A DNA stretch of 64,000 nucleotides, taken from Pseudomonadota bacterium (GTDB lineage Bacteria; Myxococcota; JACRCW01; JAFGSX01). Where the stretch lies: contig JBDRCO010000111.1 of NCBI GenBank assembly GCA_043821645.1, positions 64,001 through 128,000 of the forward strand. The letters run 5' to 3'. Below, in pieces: positions 54,913-64,000 of the stretch. A model generated the notes under the pieces. The model was not told the origin of the DNA. It ran no database searches and saw nothing but the letters and a program-made list of their open reading frames with translations. The translations under genes and the position numbers were made by a program. How positions within the stretch are numbered: position 1 is the first letter of the stretch; every line of letters starts with the position of its first letter.

Positions 54913-56232
54913 CTAGAAAGCCTGGGTGCCGCGATCCGCGACCGCGCCGAAGAAGCCGGCAGCCTGCTCGGTGGGGTAGCGGTTGCCGTACATCGACACC
55001 TTGCTGCTCATCTTGCCCTGCTTGTTCATCCCCATGGCCTCGCGGAACTGGTTGGCCGGCGAGTCGGGGTTGTAGTCCAGCTTCTCGCTGTAGCGCACGT
55101 TCAAGAAGCCCTCGAGGTAGGCCTTGTCGACGGGCAGGGTCTTGGGGATCTTGGTTTCATTGCCGGTGACGCTGGCGAACTCGAGGTCGCCGAACTTGTC
55201 CGTGGTCAGGGTGAGCTTGGTGTTGCTGGCGGGGCTGTACTCGAAGTCGGCAGCCTTGTTGACGAAGAAGATGTTGTTGTCGAGCTTGAGCGGGTTCTGG
55301 TTGAAGCGCGTGTGATCGACGCCGCCCTGCACGTTGCCGCCGAAGATGTTGTTGTGGATGTCATAGCTCACCATGGTCATCACCCGGAAGCCGTAGCCCA
55401 TGTCCTTGAGGTCCTTGATGCGGCTCCAGGTGAACAGCACGGTGTTGTAGCCGAAGTCCACGTTGCCACAGACGGTGGTGAGCTTGGCCGAGGGGCCCGA
55501 ACCCTGGGCACGGCACGTGCCGTATGCCTCGACCGCGGCCATGCGGTTGGCCACGAAGAGGTTGTTGCGGATCTTCAGGGTGCCGCCGCGCAGGCCGGCC
55601 TGGATGCCAAAGCTGGCGCAGTTGGCGAACACGTTGTTGCTGAAGGTCATGTCACCTTCCTTGGCGGCACTGGGGATGGACAGGCAGGGCTCGGTGACCG
55701 TGGGCTTGTCGTCGCCACCCTTGGCCGGGGGCAGGGTCAGCATGCCCGTGGCCAGGCCGTCGGGCTTGCCCTCGGTGGGGTGGTAGCTGTTGCGTCCACC
55801 CATGTCGAGGATGAAGCCGTCCACCACGGCGTCCTTGACCTCGCCGGTGAACTTGAACAGCGCCTTGCGCGCCTTGGCACCGCTGGCGTTGTCCGGCGCG
55901 AAGCGGGTGGCGTGCTTGGCCAAAGAGCGCGCGCTGAAGTCGGGGCTGTAGCTGCCGTACAGCTTGACGGCTTTCTTGAACTCGACGTAACCGATGTCGA
56001 AGGTGCCTGCGTAGGTGCCCTCGCACACGGCGATGACCTGACCTGTCTTGGCCTCCTTGGCAGCCTTGTCGATGTTCTTGTAGGGCTTGTCCTTGCTGCC
56101 CGGATTCTTGTTGTCACCGGTGGCCTGGCACACGAAGAGCGCACCGCTGAGATCCGGCATGTCCGCTGCGCGGGCCGGTGCGATCAGCAGCAGAGCTGAG
56201 GATAGGGCCACAAACGAGATCAGGCGATGCAT
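54913..56232 (-). CDS. Secreted DUF1565 / parallel beta-helix protein
   Basis: Signal peptide ending ARA-A; GDNKNPGSKDKPYKNIDKA..AVCEGTY; repeated NN.F rungs; strong codon bias. Confidence 0.82.
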   Translation of the reverse strand: MHRLISFVALSSALLLIAPARAADMPDLSGALFVCQATGDNKNPGSKDKPYKNIDKAAKEAKTGQVIAVCEGTYAGTFDIGYVEFKKAVKLYGSYSPDFSARSLAKHATRFAPDNASGAKARKALFKFTGEVKDAVVDGFILDMGGRNSYHPTEGKPDGLATGMLTLPPAKGGDDKPTVTEPCLSIPSAAKEGDMTFSNNVFANCASFGIQAGLRGGTLKIRNNLFVANRMAAVEAYGTCRAQGSGPSAKLTTVCGNVDFGYNTVLFTWSRIKDLKDMGYGFRVMTMVSYDIHNNIFGGNVQGGVDHTRFNQNPLKLDNNIFFVNKAADFEYSPASNTKLTLTTDKFGDLEFASVTGNETKIPKTLPVDKAYLEGFLNVRYSEKLDYNPDSPANQFREAMGMNKQGKMSSKVSMYGNRYPTEQAAGFFGAVADRGTQAF

Positions 56233-56375
56233 GGAAAACTCCGTGGGCTGGAGACGCGCTCGTTCACAGGATGTCCAAGTGCGGTCGCAGCGTTGTGAGA
56301 ATGCGCCGACCCTCGCACAGGTCCTGGAACGGGGCAATCCTGGTGCACAGGCCGTGGTGCCAGTTCGCGCTCCCC

Positions 56376-59300
56376 TCACGGGCAGTCCACACCCCGCCAG
56401 AGATCGACCTTGGTGATATGAACTTGCCGCGCATCGCGGTCGCCGATGACGACGAGGTCTCGATTGGAAAGCTCCTCACATGCACTGCCTGTCTCGACGC
56501 TGGCCCAGGTGCCGCGGGTGAACTTGAACAGCAGATGCTGACCCTCGGTGACAAGGGTCGTGGCCTCGGCCCAGTCTCCGCTGCGGGCCATGGGCTGGGC
56601 GTCGGGAACCCAGCCGCCCAGATCGCTTGCCAGGTACACCGTATCGCCGGTGGGGGTCGTGGTGGGCAGGGCCACGCGCAGGGTCAACGCGACCTGGCGC
56701 CCCTGAACGGCCACGAGATCCGCGTCCAGGTCGATGATGGCTCCCGCGGGTTGCCGCGGCAGACGCACGTGGACCACCTGCGCGGCGGCGTCGTGCCACC
56801 AGCCTTGCGTCGACGACAGCGCCTCGACACTGGCCACCTCGGACAGGGGCACTGCATCCAGGTGCACGGCCGTCGGCGAGCTGGCCACACCGCGAAAGCG
56901 CAGCCACAGGTGATCATGCTGGGGCACGAAGCTCCCCTGCTCGGGTGCGAGCTGCAGGGTCGCGCGGGTCGCCGTCGCGCTCAGCACCATGCCCTGGCGG
57001 TAGGGCACACCGGCGTCCTGCCCGGGGCTTTCACCGTCGTCGAGTACGACGAAGCCAGGTTGTGCGGGCTGATCAGGCACCGCAAACAGCTCGAGGTAGA
57101 GCGGGTCGGCCACCTGCGCACCCACGTGGCGCTGCGCAGGCCACAGCGGCACGATGGCGTTGGCGCGGGCTAAAACAGGCAGGCGATGAATGGGCGCCTC
57201 GACGGAGATGCTGCCGCCTCCCTCGTGGCGACGACCGGTGTCCCACTCCACCCAGGTCCCGGTGGGCAGGTGCACCTGGCGCGTGTGCACGCCTTGCCCG
57301 ACCACGGGAGCCACCAGCAGGGCAGGGCCCAGCATCAGCTGGTCGTCGATGCCTGTGGCCAGGGCGTCCTCCTGGAAGTCGTAGACGAGGGGTCGAAGCA
57401 GGGGCGCACCGGTGTCCGCGGCGTTGTGGGCAAGAGAATAAACATAGGGCAACAGCTCGTAGCGCTGGCGGATCAAGGCGCGGCTGATGGCCTCGATCTC
57501 GACGCCAAAGGACCACGGTTCCTGCCGCGGTGCGCCAGTCATCACGTGAGCCCTGAAGAACGGTGACACGGCACCCAGGGCCATCCAGCGCACGAACAGC
57601 TCGCCACCTGGATTGCCCGAGAAGCCACCCACATCCGAACCCACCATGCCGACGCCGGACAGCCCAAGGTTGCCAAGCATGGCGGGTGCCATGGCGAGGT
57701 GACCCCATTCGCTCTTGGCGTCACCGGTCCACACCGCAGCCTCGCGCTGTATGCCCGCAAAGCCCGACCGCGTCAGCACGAAGGGGCGCCGTCCAGGGGC
57801 TCCTTGCTGCATGCCGTGGCGGGTGGCCCGGGCCATGAGCAGGGCATACACGTTGCGTGTCTCCCTGTGGTCCGTGGCCACTCCTTCGCCATCGAAGCGC
57901 GTGTCGAGGGGAAAGCCACCTGTCTGCCACGTGGTGGGCTCGTTCATGTCTATCCACACACCGCGGATCCCCGTCGTCATCAGACCCGCCACCTGCGCGG
58001 CCCACCAGCCGCGGGTGGCGGGTCGCGTGAAGTCCGGGAACACCGCGTCGCCGGGCCACACCAGGCCCACGTAGGGCTCGCCCGACGGCAGGGTCACGAA
58101 GTGCGCGCCGGCGAGGCCATCGTCGAACACGGCATAGCCACCCCCGGGCTGGTGCTTGATGCCAGGGTCGATGATCACCGTAGTCTTGACCCCGAGCGCC
58201 TCGAGGTCGCTGATCAGACCCGCCGGGTCGGCGAAGCCAGAAGGGTCCCAGGTGAAGGAACGAAAGCCGTCCATGTAGTCGATGTCGAGCCAGACTCCAT
58301 CCAGGGGGATGTCGCGCTGGATGAACTGGTCCACGACCTGTCGCACCTCGCTCTCGGGCGCGTAACTCCACCGGCACTGGTGGTAGCCCAGGGCCCACAG
58401 CGGGGGCAGGGCGGTGCGGCCGGTGAGCGCGGTGTAGCGACGGACCACCTCGGGCACCGACGGCCCATTGAACAGCACGAGGTCGAGTTCACCTGCATCC
58501 ACCTCGATGCCCAGCGTCGACGCCTCGGTCGCGCCCAGGTCAAAGCGACTGCGATGGGTGTTGTTCAGGTACAGGCCGTGAGCCCGCCCCTCACGCAGCG
58601 TGATGAAGAAGGGATGGGACTGGTAAATGGGATCCGAGCTCGGCGAGAAGGTGGGCTCGGGGTACCAGGGATCCGCGGTCCACATCTCCAGGCGCTGGCC
58701 GCGCTTGTCCAGACGCCCGGTCTTCTCGCCAAATCCGACGAAGTGTTCGTCGGCATGCAAAGCGGCGCTGAGGAGTCGAGGAGAAGACAGGGGATCCACC
58801 CCCGTGGCCCTGCAGAGCTCGTGGCCACGGCTGTCGACGATCAGGAAGCGCAGGCTCGTCCTGTCCACCTCGATGCTCAGCTCGCCTGTGTTGATACGCC
58901 AGCGGTCCCCTAGGTCGTCGGGGACGATGGGCTGGTCAGGCCACGCCGTCGGCACCGTGGTCCAGCCCCGATCGTGCTGCGCTGTCCCGGAGAGATAGCG
59001 CAGCCTCACCACACCGGGCTCGAGCACGGTCAGCTGCAGGCTGAAAAGTCCTGCATCGAGCACGACCATCCCCTGGGTCACGAGAGGACCTCCGTCGGTA
59101 CGTGCGTCGCCATCCCCACCTCCATCGTTTTGAAGCCCCCCATCATGGGAGCTGTCGCCAGCCCAGGAATCGACCAGGTTGCTGTCGACCCTGGAACCGG
59201 CCTCGCCTGGGAGGTCCGCGGCGTTTCGGTCACCTGGCCCAGCGTCGCTGCTCATATCCAGGCCTGGGCGATCTGAAAAACCCCCCTCGGTGCTGGCATC

Positions 59301-59459
59301 GACCCAGGTCAAGCTGTCGTGGATTCCGCTGTCATGCGGCGTCGTGGCGTCCCCCACCGGTGGTTCTGGTGCTGGGCACCCCGCAAGGAGAGTCAGCACC
59401 AGGCCGCTGCCCCAGAAGAGAGCCCGGTGCCAGAAAACAGGGGTGTGTCTCAGTGCCAT
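56376..59459 (-). CDS. GH31 alpha-glucosidase lipoprotein with C-terminal CBM20-like domain
   Basis: Lipobox LLAGC; GFGEKTG, PPLWALGYHQCRWSY, WLDIDYM, WIDMNEP (nucleophile), WTGD (acid/base), SDVGGF; C-terminal TVYLAS..W..FKFTRGTW..VE. Start among 59492/59474/59459. Confidence 0.92.
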   Translation of the reverse strand: MALRHTPVFWHRALFWGSGLVLTLLAGCPAPEPPVGDATTPHDSGIHDSLTWVDASTEGGFSDRPGLDMSSDAGPGDRNAADLPGEAGSRVDSNLVDSWAGDSSHDGGLQNDGGGDGDARTDGGPLVTQGMVVLDAGLFSLQLTVLEPGVVRLRYLSGTAQHDRGWTTVPTAWPDQPIVPDDLGDRWRINTGELSIEVDRTSLRFLIVDSRGHELCRATGVDPLSSPRLLSAALHADEHFVGFGEKTGRLDKRGQRLEMWTADPWYPEPTFSPSSDPIYQSHPFFITLREGRAHGLYLNNTHRSRFDLGATEASTLGIEVDAGELDLVLFNGPSVPEVVRRYTALTGRTALPPLWALGYHQCRWSYAPESEVRQVVDQFIQRDIPLDGVWLDIDYMDGFRSFTWDPSGFADPAGLISDLEALGVKTTVIIDPGIKHQPGGGYAVFDDGLAGAHFVTLPSGEPYVGLVWPGDAVFPDFTRPATRGWWAAQVAGLMTTGIRGVWIDMNEPTTWQTGGFPLDTRFDGEGVATDHRETRNVYALLMARATRHGMQQGAPGRRPFVLTRSGFAGIQREAAVWTGDAKSEWGHLAMAPAMLGNLGLSGVGMVGSDVGGFSGNPGGELFVRWMALGAVSPFFRAHVMTGAPRQEPWSFGVEIEAISRALIRQRYELLPYVYSLAHNAADTGAPLLRPLVYDFQEDALATGIDDQLMLGPALLVAPVVGQGVHTRQVHLPTGTWVEWDTGRRHEGGGSISVEAPIHRLPVLARANAIVPLWPAQRHVGAQVADPLYLELFAVPDQPAQPGFVVLDDGESPGQDAGVPYRQGMVLSATATRATLQLAPEQGSFVPQHDHLWLRFRGVASSPTAVHLDAVPLSEVASVEALSSTQGWWHDAAAQVVHVRLPRQPAGAIIDLDADLVAVQGRQVALTLRVALPTTTPTGDTVYLASDLGGWVPDAQPMARSGDWAEATTLVTEGQHLLFKFTRGTWASVETGSACEELSNRDLVVIGDRDARQVHITKVDLWRGVDCP

Positions 59460-59593
59460 GCTGCATCCTGACATCGCCACTGCCTCGGTCAACTAGATCG
59501 CGCACGCAACCCGGAGGGAACTCACCTGTGCTGGGGGTGGCCAAAGTTATTGCCCGCGCTTACTCTTGCTGAGTGGGAACAATTTCGAAAAAA

Positions 59594-59621
59594 TTGCCGA
59601 TAGAGCTGTGGTGGGTATAAT
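59594..59621 (+). promoter_or_regulatory. Strong sigma70-type promoter
   Basis: A-rich UP-like tract; TTGCCG, 16 nt spacer, consensus TATAAT. Confidence 0.7.
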
Positions 59622-59691
59622 TCTCGGGGAGAGGAGAACACGCCACATGGGCCCTTGAGTAAGGAGCCAGCAGGGGGCATAGGAGCCCGAA

Positions 59692-59853
59692 ATGATTGAT
59701 GTTTATATTATAGAAGAGCTGGAGAAGGAGCGTCGCAAGGATCGCCGCGATGAGGCCTTTGTCTGGATCTCCGATCCGGGCGAGGAAGCGCCGTGGGAGC
59801 GACCCGAGCCAGTTCGCCCCGAACCTCCGAGGGTCATCGTGATTGACCTGTAG
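59692..59853 (+). CDS. 53-aa small protein (not in the ORF track)
   Basis: AGGAG SD at 59681-59685; MIDVYIIEELEKERRKDRRDEAFVWISDPGEEAPWERPEPVRPEPPRVIVIDL; flanked by a promoter and a terminator. Confidence 0.8.
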   Translation: MIDVYIIEELEKERRKDRRDEAFVWISDPGEEAPWERPEPVRPEPPRVIVIDL

Positions 59854-59876
59854 ACCGGACACCCTCCCGGTCACGG

Positions 59877-59909
59877 AGGCCTCGTCGCCCGGACGGGGCC
59901 TTTTTGTTT
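59877..59909 (+). terminator. Intrinsic terminator
   Basis: aggcctcgtc-gcccg-gacggggcct then ttttgttt. Confidence 0.85.
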
Positions 59910-60047
59910 CTGGTCCGAGCTGGCTTTGGTGCTCTGAGCTGGGTGCTCTCGCATCCCATCCCCGTTTGATAGTGCCCGAGCGTCGTGACAGCGCTGCCCG
60001 GGACGGCGTGCTCCTCCCGATCGAGATTCCGGGTATAAGCTACGCTC

Positions 60048-61988
60048 ATGTACCAACACCACAGAGCTGCGGGCGTGGCGCTTGTCCTGTGCTGGGGCCT
60101 CGGCTGCGAGCCGCCGCCGGCCGCCCAGGAGACCTCCTTCACCGTGCCACGGCAGGGTCGCCGCCACTTCCTGGACCTCCCCTGGCCCTCGGATCTGGAG
60201 CGGCGCAGCGACGGAACCATCGTGCTGCGGACCTACCCCAACCCCACGAATTCGAGCACGCTCGACGACTACATGCTGCTGGCCGAAAAACTGGAGGGCT
60301 TCGCTCTCAATGCGGCCATCTACCTTGGGATCGGTACACCGCTGGAGGTCGAGAGCCTGCCGACACCAAGCGGTGCCTGGGGCGAGCCACATTCCAGCGT
60401 GCAGCTGGTGGATGTGGATCCCGATTCTCCCCGACGAGGCGAGCGCTGGCCCCTGACCTGGAGGAGCTACCTGGGTGACCAGTTCATGCCCGATCACAGT
60501 CTTGCGGTCATGCCCGTGCTTGGCTTCCCACTGGCGCCGGAGACCACCTACGCCGTGGTGGTGACCTCGGAAGCCAGAACCGGGGCGGGGGGGCGGCTCG
60601 CCGCGTCGGCAGATCTGCGTGCCCTGCTCGACGCCGTGGAGCCTGAGGACTCGGCGCTGAAGGTGGGCCATGCGCTGTTCGAGCCGCTGCGCACGCTGTG
60701 GCGCGACGAGGGGCGCGAGAGCGAGGAGATCGTACAGGCCACGGTGTTCACGACGCGGGACCCGGTGAGCATGATGCAGAGAGCCGCCGATGATCTGGCG
60801 GCGCGCAGCGACGCACGCGTTGTCTCTTTGGCGCCTGGCCGGGACGCCGAGACCCACGCCCTGTATCGCGTGTACGAGGGCGTGGTGGAGCTCGATCAGT
60901 TCCAGCAGGGCGCACCACCGTTCGAGGCCTATGGCAGCGGTGGCCTGGTCGTCGACGGCCAGGGCGTGCCCGTGGTTCAACGGCGCGAGCAGATGCCATT
61001 CGCCCTGACCGTGCCTCGCCAATCCCCTCCGGCGGGTGGCTGGCCCGTGGCTCTGGTGGCCCACGGAACGGGAGGCTGGTGGCGCGGATTCATCGGCGAT
61101 CGCGCGGGAGATGAGGCGGTGTTCCTGGCGCGCGCGGGCTGGGCCGCGCTCTCGATCTCGCAGCCTCTACACAGGGATCGAGAGGGCTACCGGCCAGGCC
61201 TCGAGGAGCTGAACACCTTCAACTTCGTCAACCCCGTTGCGGGCGTCACGGTGTGGCAGCAATCGGCCCTGGAAACCGTGGCCCTGGCGCGCCTGCTGCG
61301 GGAAGGGGAGCTGTGGCTGGACAGTGGCGCACGTGTGGCCGTGGATGGGTCGCGCATCGGCCTGTTCGGGCACAGCCAGGGTGGACTCAGTGGCGCCCTC
61401 GCCCTGGGGGTCGACCACATCATCGGCACTGCGGTGTTGTCCGGCGCCGGTGGAGGTTTTGCCTTTTCCCTGCTCGAGAAGACCTCTCCCAGTGCACCGG
61501 TGGCTGCCATCCGCCTTCTGCTCAGCCTCGACGATGAAGCCCCCCTGGATGTGTTTCACCCTGTGCTCACCTTGCTGCAGCTCCTGGCCGAGCCCGCCGA
61601 GCCACTCAACATGGCTCCGCGGCTGTACCGCGAGGGGCCGAGGCGAATTCCTCCGTCGGTGCTGATGACCTCTGGTTACATCGATACCTACACACCGGTA
61701 TCCAACCACGCGCCCCTGGGTCTGGCCATGGGCCTTCCTGTCGTCGGGCCGGTGGTCCGCTGGCCAGCCCCCTACGACCTGGTGCAAGCAGGACCACTGG
61801 CCGCGCCTCTTGCAGGAAACCTGGCGCGGGCAGGCCGGACAGTGACCGCTGGCCTGGTGCAGTTCGCTGCGCTGTACCCGGATGACGGGCACTTCGTGGT
61901 CTTCGACAACCCACGTGCGACTGCCACCGTGCAGCGATTCTTCTCGACGGCCAGGGAGGGAGTTGCGGTGATCGATCCGCGACCGTGA
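60048..61988 (+). CDS. Lipoprotein alpha/beta hydrolase with N-terminal Ig-like/lipase-N domain
   Basis: Lipobox GLGC; PWPSD, AHGTGG, nucleophile elbow GHSQG, D(TYTP), GHF. Confidence 0.85.
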   Translation: MYQHHRAAGVALVLCWGLGCEPPPAAQETSFTVPRQGRRHFLDLPWPSDLERRSDGTIVLRTYPNPTNSSTLDDYMLLAEKLEGFALNAAIYLGIGTPLEVESLPTPSGAWGEPHSSVQLVDVDPDSPRRGERWPLTWRSYLGDQFMPDHSLAVMPVLGFPLAPETTYAVVVTSEARTGAGGRLAASADLRALLDAVEPEDSALKVGHALFEPLRTLWRDEGRESEEIVQATVFTTRDPVSMMQRAADDLAARSDARVVSLAPGRDAETHALYRVYEGVVELDQFQQGAPPFEAYGSGGLVVDGQGVPVVQRREQMPFALTVPRQSPPAGGWPVALVAHGTGGWWRGFIGDRAGDEAVFLARAGWAALSISQPLHRDREGYRPGLEELNTFNFVNPVAGVTVWQQSALETVALARLLREGELWLDSGARVAVDGSRIGLFGHSQGGLSGALALGVDHIIGTAVLSGAGGGFAFSLLEKTSPSAPVAAIRLLLSLDDEAPLDVFHPVLTLLQLLAEPAEPLNMAPRLYREGPRRIPPSVLMTSGYIDTYTPVSNHAPLGLAMGLPVVGPVVRWPAPYDLVQAGPLAAPLAGNLARAGRTVTAGLVQFAALYPDDGHFVVFDNPRATATVQRFFSTAREGVAVIDPRP

Positions 61989-62078
61989 TCGCGAACAAAG
62001 CTGTGTCGACGTGAAGTGCCAGCTATGCTTAGATGGCACCACCGAATGCATGAAGGAACCCCTCGGGAGCGAGCAAGG

Positions 62079-63203
62079 ATGGGGAAGCAGCGTGTCCAGT
62101 CACAGCGTCGAGCATGCGCGCTGCGCAGGCCCTTCGTCTCTGACGCGTGGGCCTTCGCGATCCTGATGCTCGCCGCATCCCTGGCCGCCCGCGGTGCCAG
62201 TGCTCAGGAGCTCGCCGGCGAGGAGCGCGTGCTGGTCCTGGGACTCGTCGATAGCGGGGTCGGGGAGGATGCGACGCGCCGGATCACCTCGGTGCTCCGG
62301 ACCGAGGTCGCCTCGGTTGTCGCCGGGCGCTACGTCGAGGCCAAAGGCGCTCTGGCAAGTGAGAGCTGTCCGCTCGAGAACCTGACCAGTTGCGCGGCGA
62401 GCAAGGGGCGGCTGGCCCGAGCGGGGCTGGTCGTCGTCGGAACCGTGGCTGCTCTGGCTGACGTGCAGCTCGTGGATCTGCGTGTCATCGATGTCGTGGG
62501 AGGCGTCGAGACCGGGCGGCTGCAGAGTGCCCTGGGCGGTACGGCCGAGGAAAACCGGCGGGTGCTGCGCGAGCTGTCTGTTCGTCTCCTGGCTCCCCAG
62601 GCCTACGTGGGCAGCCTCGCCGTCGAGAATCTGGCGGCGGGAGATCAGCTCGTGGTCGACGGAGCGGAGGTCCAGACCGAGGTGCCGACGACCCGGGTCA
62701 CGCTCCCGGTCGGGCAGCACGCCATCGAGGTGCTCAACAACGAAGACATCCGGCTGAGCGAGATCGTGGACATCGCCTTCGACCGCACGCACGTGGCGCA
62801 CCTTGGCGGCACCCCGGAAGCGGTGCCCGAACCCACGACCTCGTCACCAAGCTGGCCATTCTGGGCATCGCTTTCCGCGAGTGCGCTGACTGCCGTGACC
62901 AGCGTGGCGCTGCTTTCCACCTTCTTTGCGCTGGACCTGATGGGTCAACTCGAGGCCGCCGAGAACAACAAGCAGGACAGGATTCGCTCGGATTCCGCCT
63001 GCATCGTTCCCCCGGGGCGGGACAACAACGTGTCGCAGTTCTACTATTGCGACGAGCAGATCGATACCGCGACCACCAACATCGCGCTTGTGCTGGGCGG
63101 TGCGGCCGCGACCGGGCTGCTGGCCATCGGCAGTGGCGTGGCCGCCGGGCTGCTCTTCTCTTCTGGCAGCGAGGCGACCGAGGACACCGTCGCGGCGCCC
63201 TGA
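62079..63203 (+). CDS. Exported protein: CsgG/TolB-N-like alpha/beta domain, PEGA-like domain, C-terminal hydrophobic Gly-rich helices
   Basis: Signal ending ASA-Q; VLVLGL..C......C....G....A.LVVVGTV; GSLAVE..VDG..LPVGQHAIEV. Start uncertain. Confidence 0.7.
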   Translation: MGKQRVQSQRRACALRRPFVSDAWAFAILMLAASLAARGASAQELAGEERVLVLGLVDSGVGEDATRRITSVLRTEVASVVAGRYVEAKGALASESCPLENLTSCAASKGRLARAGLVVVGTVAALADVQLVDLRVIDVVGGVETGRLQSALGGTAEENRRVLRELSVRLLAPQAYVGSLAVENLAAGDQLVVDGAEVQTEVPTTRVTLPVGQHAIEVLNNEDIRLSEIVDIAFDRTHVAHLGGTPEAVPEPTTSSPSWPFWASLSASALTAVTSVALLSTFFALDLMGQLEAAENNKQDRIRSDSACIVPPGRDNNVSQFYYCDEQIDTATTNIALVLGGAAATGLLAIGSGVAAGLLFSSGSEATEDTVAAP

Positions 63204-63222
63204 GGCTGAGGCCGGATAGCAC

Positions 63223-63251
63223 TTGCAGGATCCTGCGCAGCCAGCTACAAG
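63223..63251 (+). promoter_or_regulatory. Putative sigma70 promoter
   Basis: TTGCAG, 17 nt spacer, TACAAG, 30 nt upstream of ATG 63282. Confidence 0.45.
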
Positions 63252-63281
63252 GCGAGCCCTTCTGTTAGGATGGAGGTCCCC

Positions 63282-63416
63282 ATGTCGTCCTGTTCAAAAC
63301 GATCCGAGACGCGACGCAAAGCGAAGCGCACCACGGCTGGTCTGAAGCGAAAGAAGCTCCTGAACCGGGAAGGCTCGACCAAGTCGGCCAAGGACCTGTT
63401 CGCGACCAAGAGCTGA
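63282..63416 (+). CDS. 44-aa highly basic small protein (not in the ORF track)
   Basis: GGAGG SD; MSSCSKRSETRRKAKRTTAGLKRKKLLNREGSTKSAKDLFATKS. Confidence 0.72.
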   Translation: MSSCSKRSETRRKAKRTTAGLKRKKLLNREGSTKSAKDLFATKS

Positions 63417-63525
63417 CGGACCCTCCCGCGGCGGCTTCTCGCCACCGGGATCCCATCATCGGTCTTCTTGTCGAGTTTGCCGAGCACGGCAGTGCTCGCG
63501 ATAATGGACGTCCGGACGGAGAAGG

Positions 63526-63858
63526 TCAGACCTCTTCGGCTACTTCCTCGTCGGTACCCGCCCCGAAGTCATCACTGGACTCCTCGTCCAGATCTTCCTC
63601 GTCCGTTTCAACGATGGCTTCCAGCTCGGCGTCGTCCTCGAACGCGTCCTCGCTGCCCTCGCCCTCGAACACGGCGCGCAGCTTGAGCACGCCGCCGTCG
63701 TCATCCGCCAGGCTGGACGAAGTGCTTCGCCGCGCTGGCGTGGAGTCCTGAGGATTCCACGCGCACTTGGGACAGACCGGGGTGTTGCGTCCCAGATCGT
63801 AGAACTTGGTGCCGCAGCTCGCGCACGTGTACTTGGTTCCCAGCTTGGGCTTCGCCAT
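63526..63858 (-). CDS. FYDLN acid domain protein (TIGR02300 family)
   Basis: LGTKYTCASCGTKFYDLGRNTPVCPKC zinc ribbon plus acidic tail. Confidence 0.9.
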   Translation of the reverse strand: MAKPKLGTKYTCASCGTKFYDLGRNTPVCPKCAWNPQDSTPARRSTSSSLADDDGGVLKLRAVFEGEGSEDAFEDDAELEAIVETDEEDLDEESSDDFGAGTDEEVAEEV

Positions 63859-64000
63859 GATGTGCCTCATGCCCGTGCCTGCGCGGGCTCGGCGACGATT
63901 GTCGTCAACCGCGGTTTTTTTTCACACCAGGTAGAAGCGTGTCAAGGCTGACGCACAGATCTGGTCAGCAGCCTTGCCGGGGAGGGCTCCCGGCCAGGAT

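Noticed and set aside
59560-59874. 104-aa minus-strand ORF
   Set aside because: The plus-strand 53-aa ORF has promoter, SD and terminator support; this one has none.
62034-62049. sigma54 promoter TGGCAC...TGC (also near 59538)
   Set aside because: GG-to-GC spacing is 11 nt rather than the required 10.

Overview
GC-rich bacterial chromosomal window, most likely from a Myxococcota (deltaproteobacterial) genome. The inference rests on a MYXO-CTERM-type sorting tail, Cys-rich and Asp-Ala-Gly-linker lipoproteins, a Ser/Thr kinase with PEGA domains, and the maf-yggS-divIVA-yggU cluster. No integrase, transposase, reverse transcriptase or CRISPR array was seen. Contents in order: Na+/proline-type symporter, CBS protein, two gene remnants, a CzcCBA-like heavy-metal RND operon preceded by a Cys/His-rich leader ORF, ferredoxin, Cys-rich surface protein, Memo-like and F390-synthetase-like genes, queC, three choice-of-anchor-D/Ig lipoproteins (one with VWA), Nif3, a PurN-like and a DUF2064-like gene, a CHASE2 adenylate cyclase, a 2066-aa invasin/TSP3 adhesin, tRNA-Asp(GTC), a TPR/kinase/lipoprotein cassette, GH31-CBM20 glucosidase, an alpha/beta hydrolase, two small ORFs missing from the ORF track, and an FYDLN protein. 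Best novelty candidates: (1) two intact, divergently transcribed apparent pseudoenzymes (PurN-like and DUF2064/CofC-like, both lacking catalytic residues) beside a membrane adenylate cyclase; (2) a probable metal-sensing ribosome-stalling leader peptide ending IFHPPRA upstream of the RND pump; (3) two small proteins with their own promoters; (4) an inverted pair of heptamer arrays; (5) recurrent leaderless-type promoters. All family calls come from motif recognition by eye; no searches were run.
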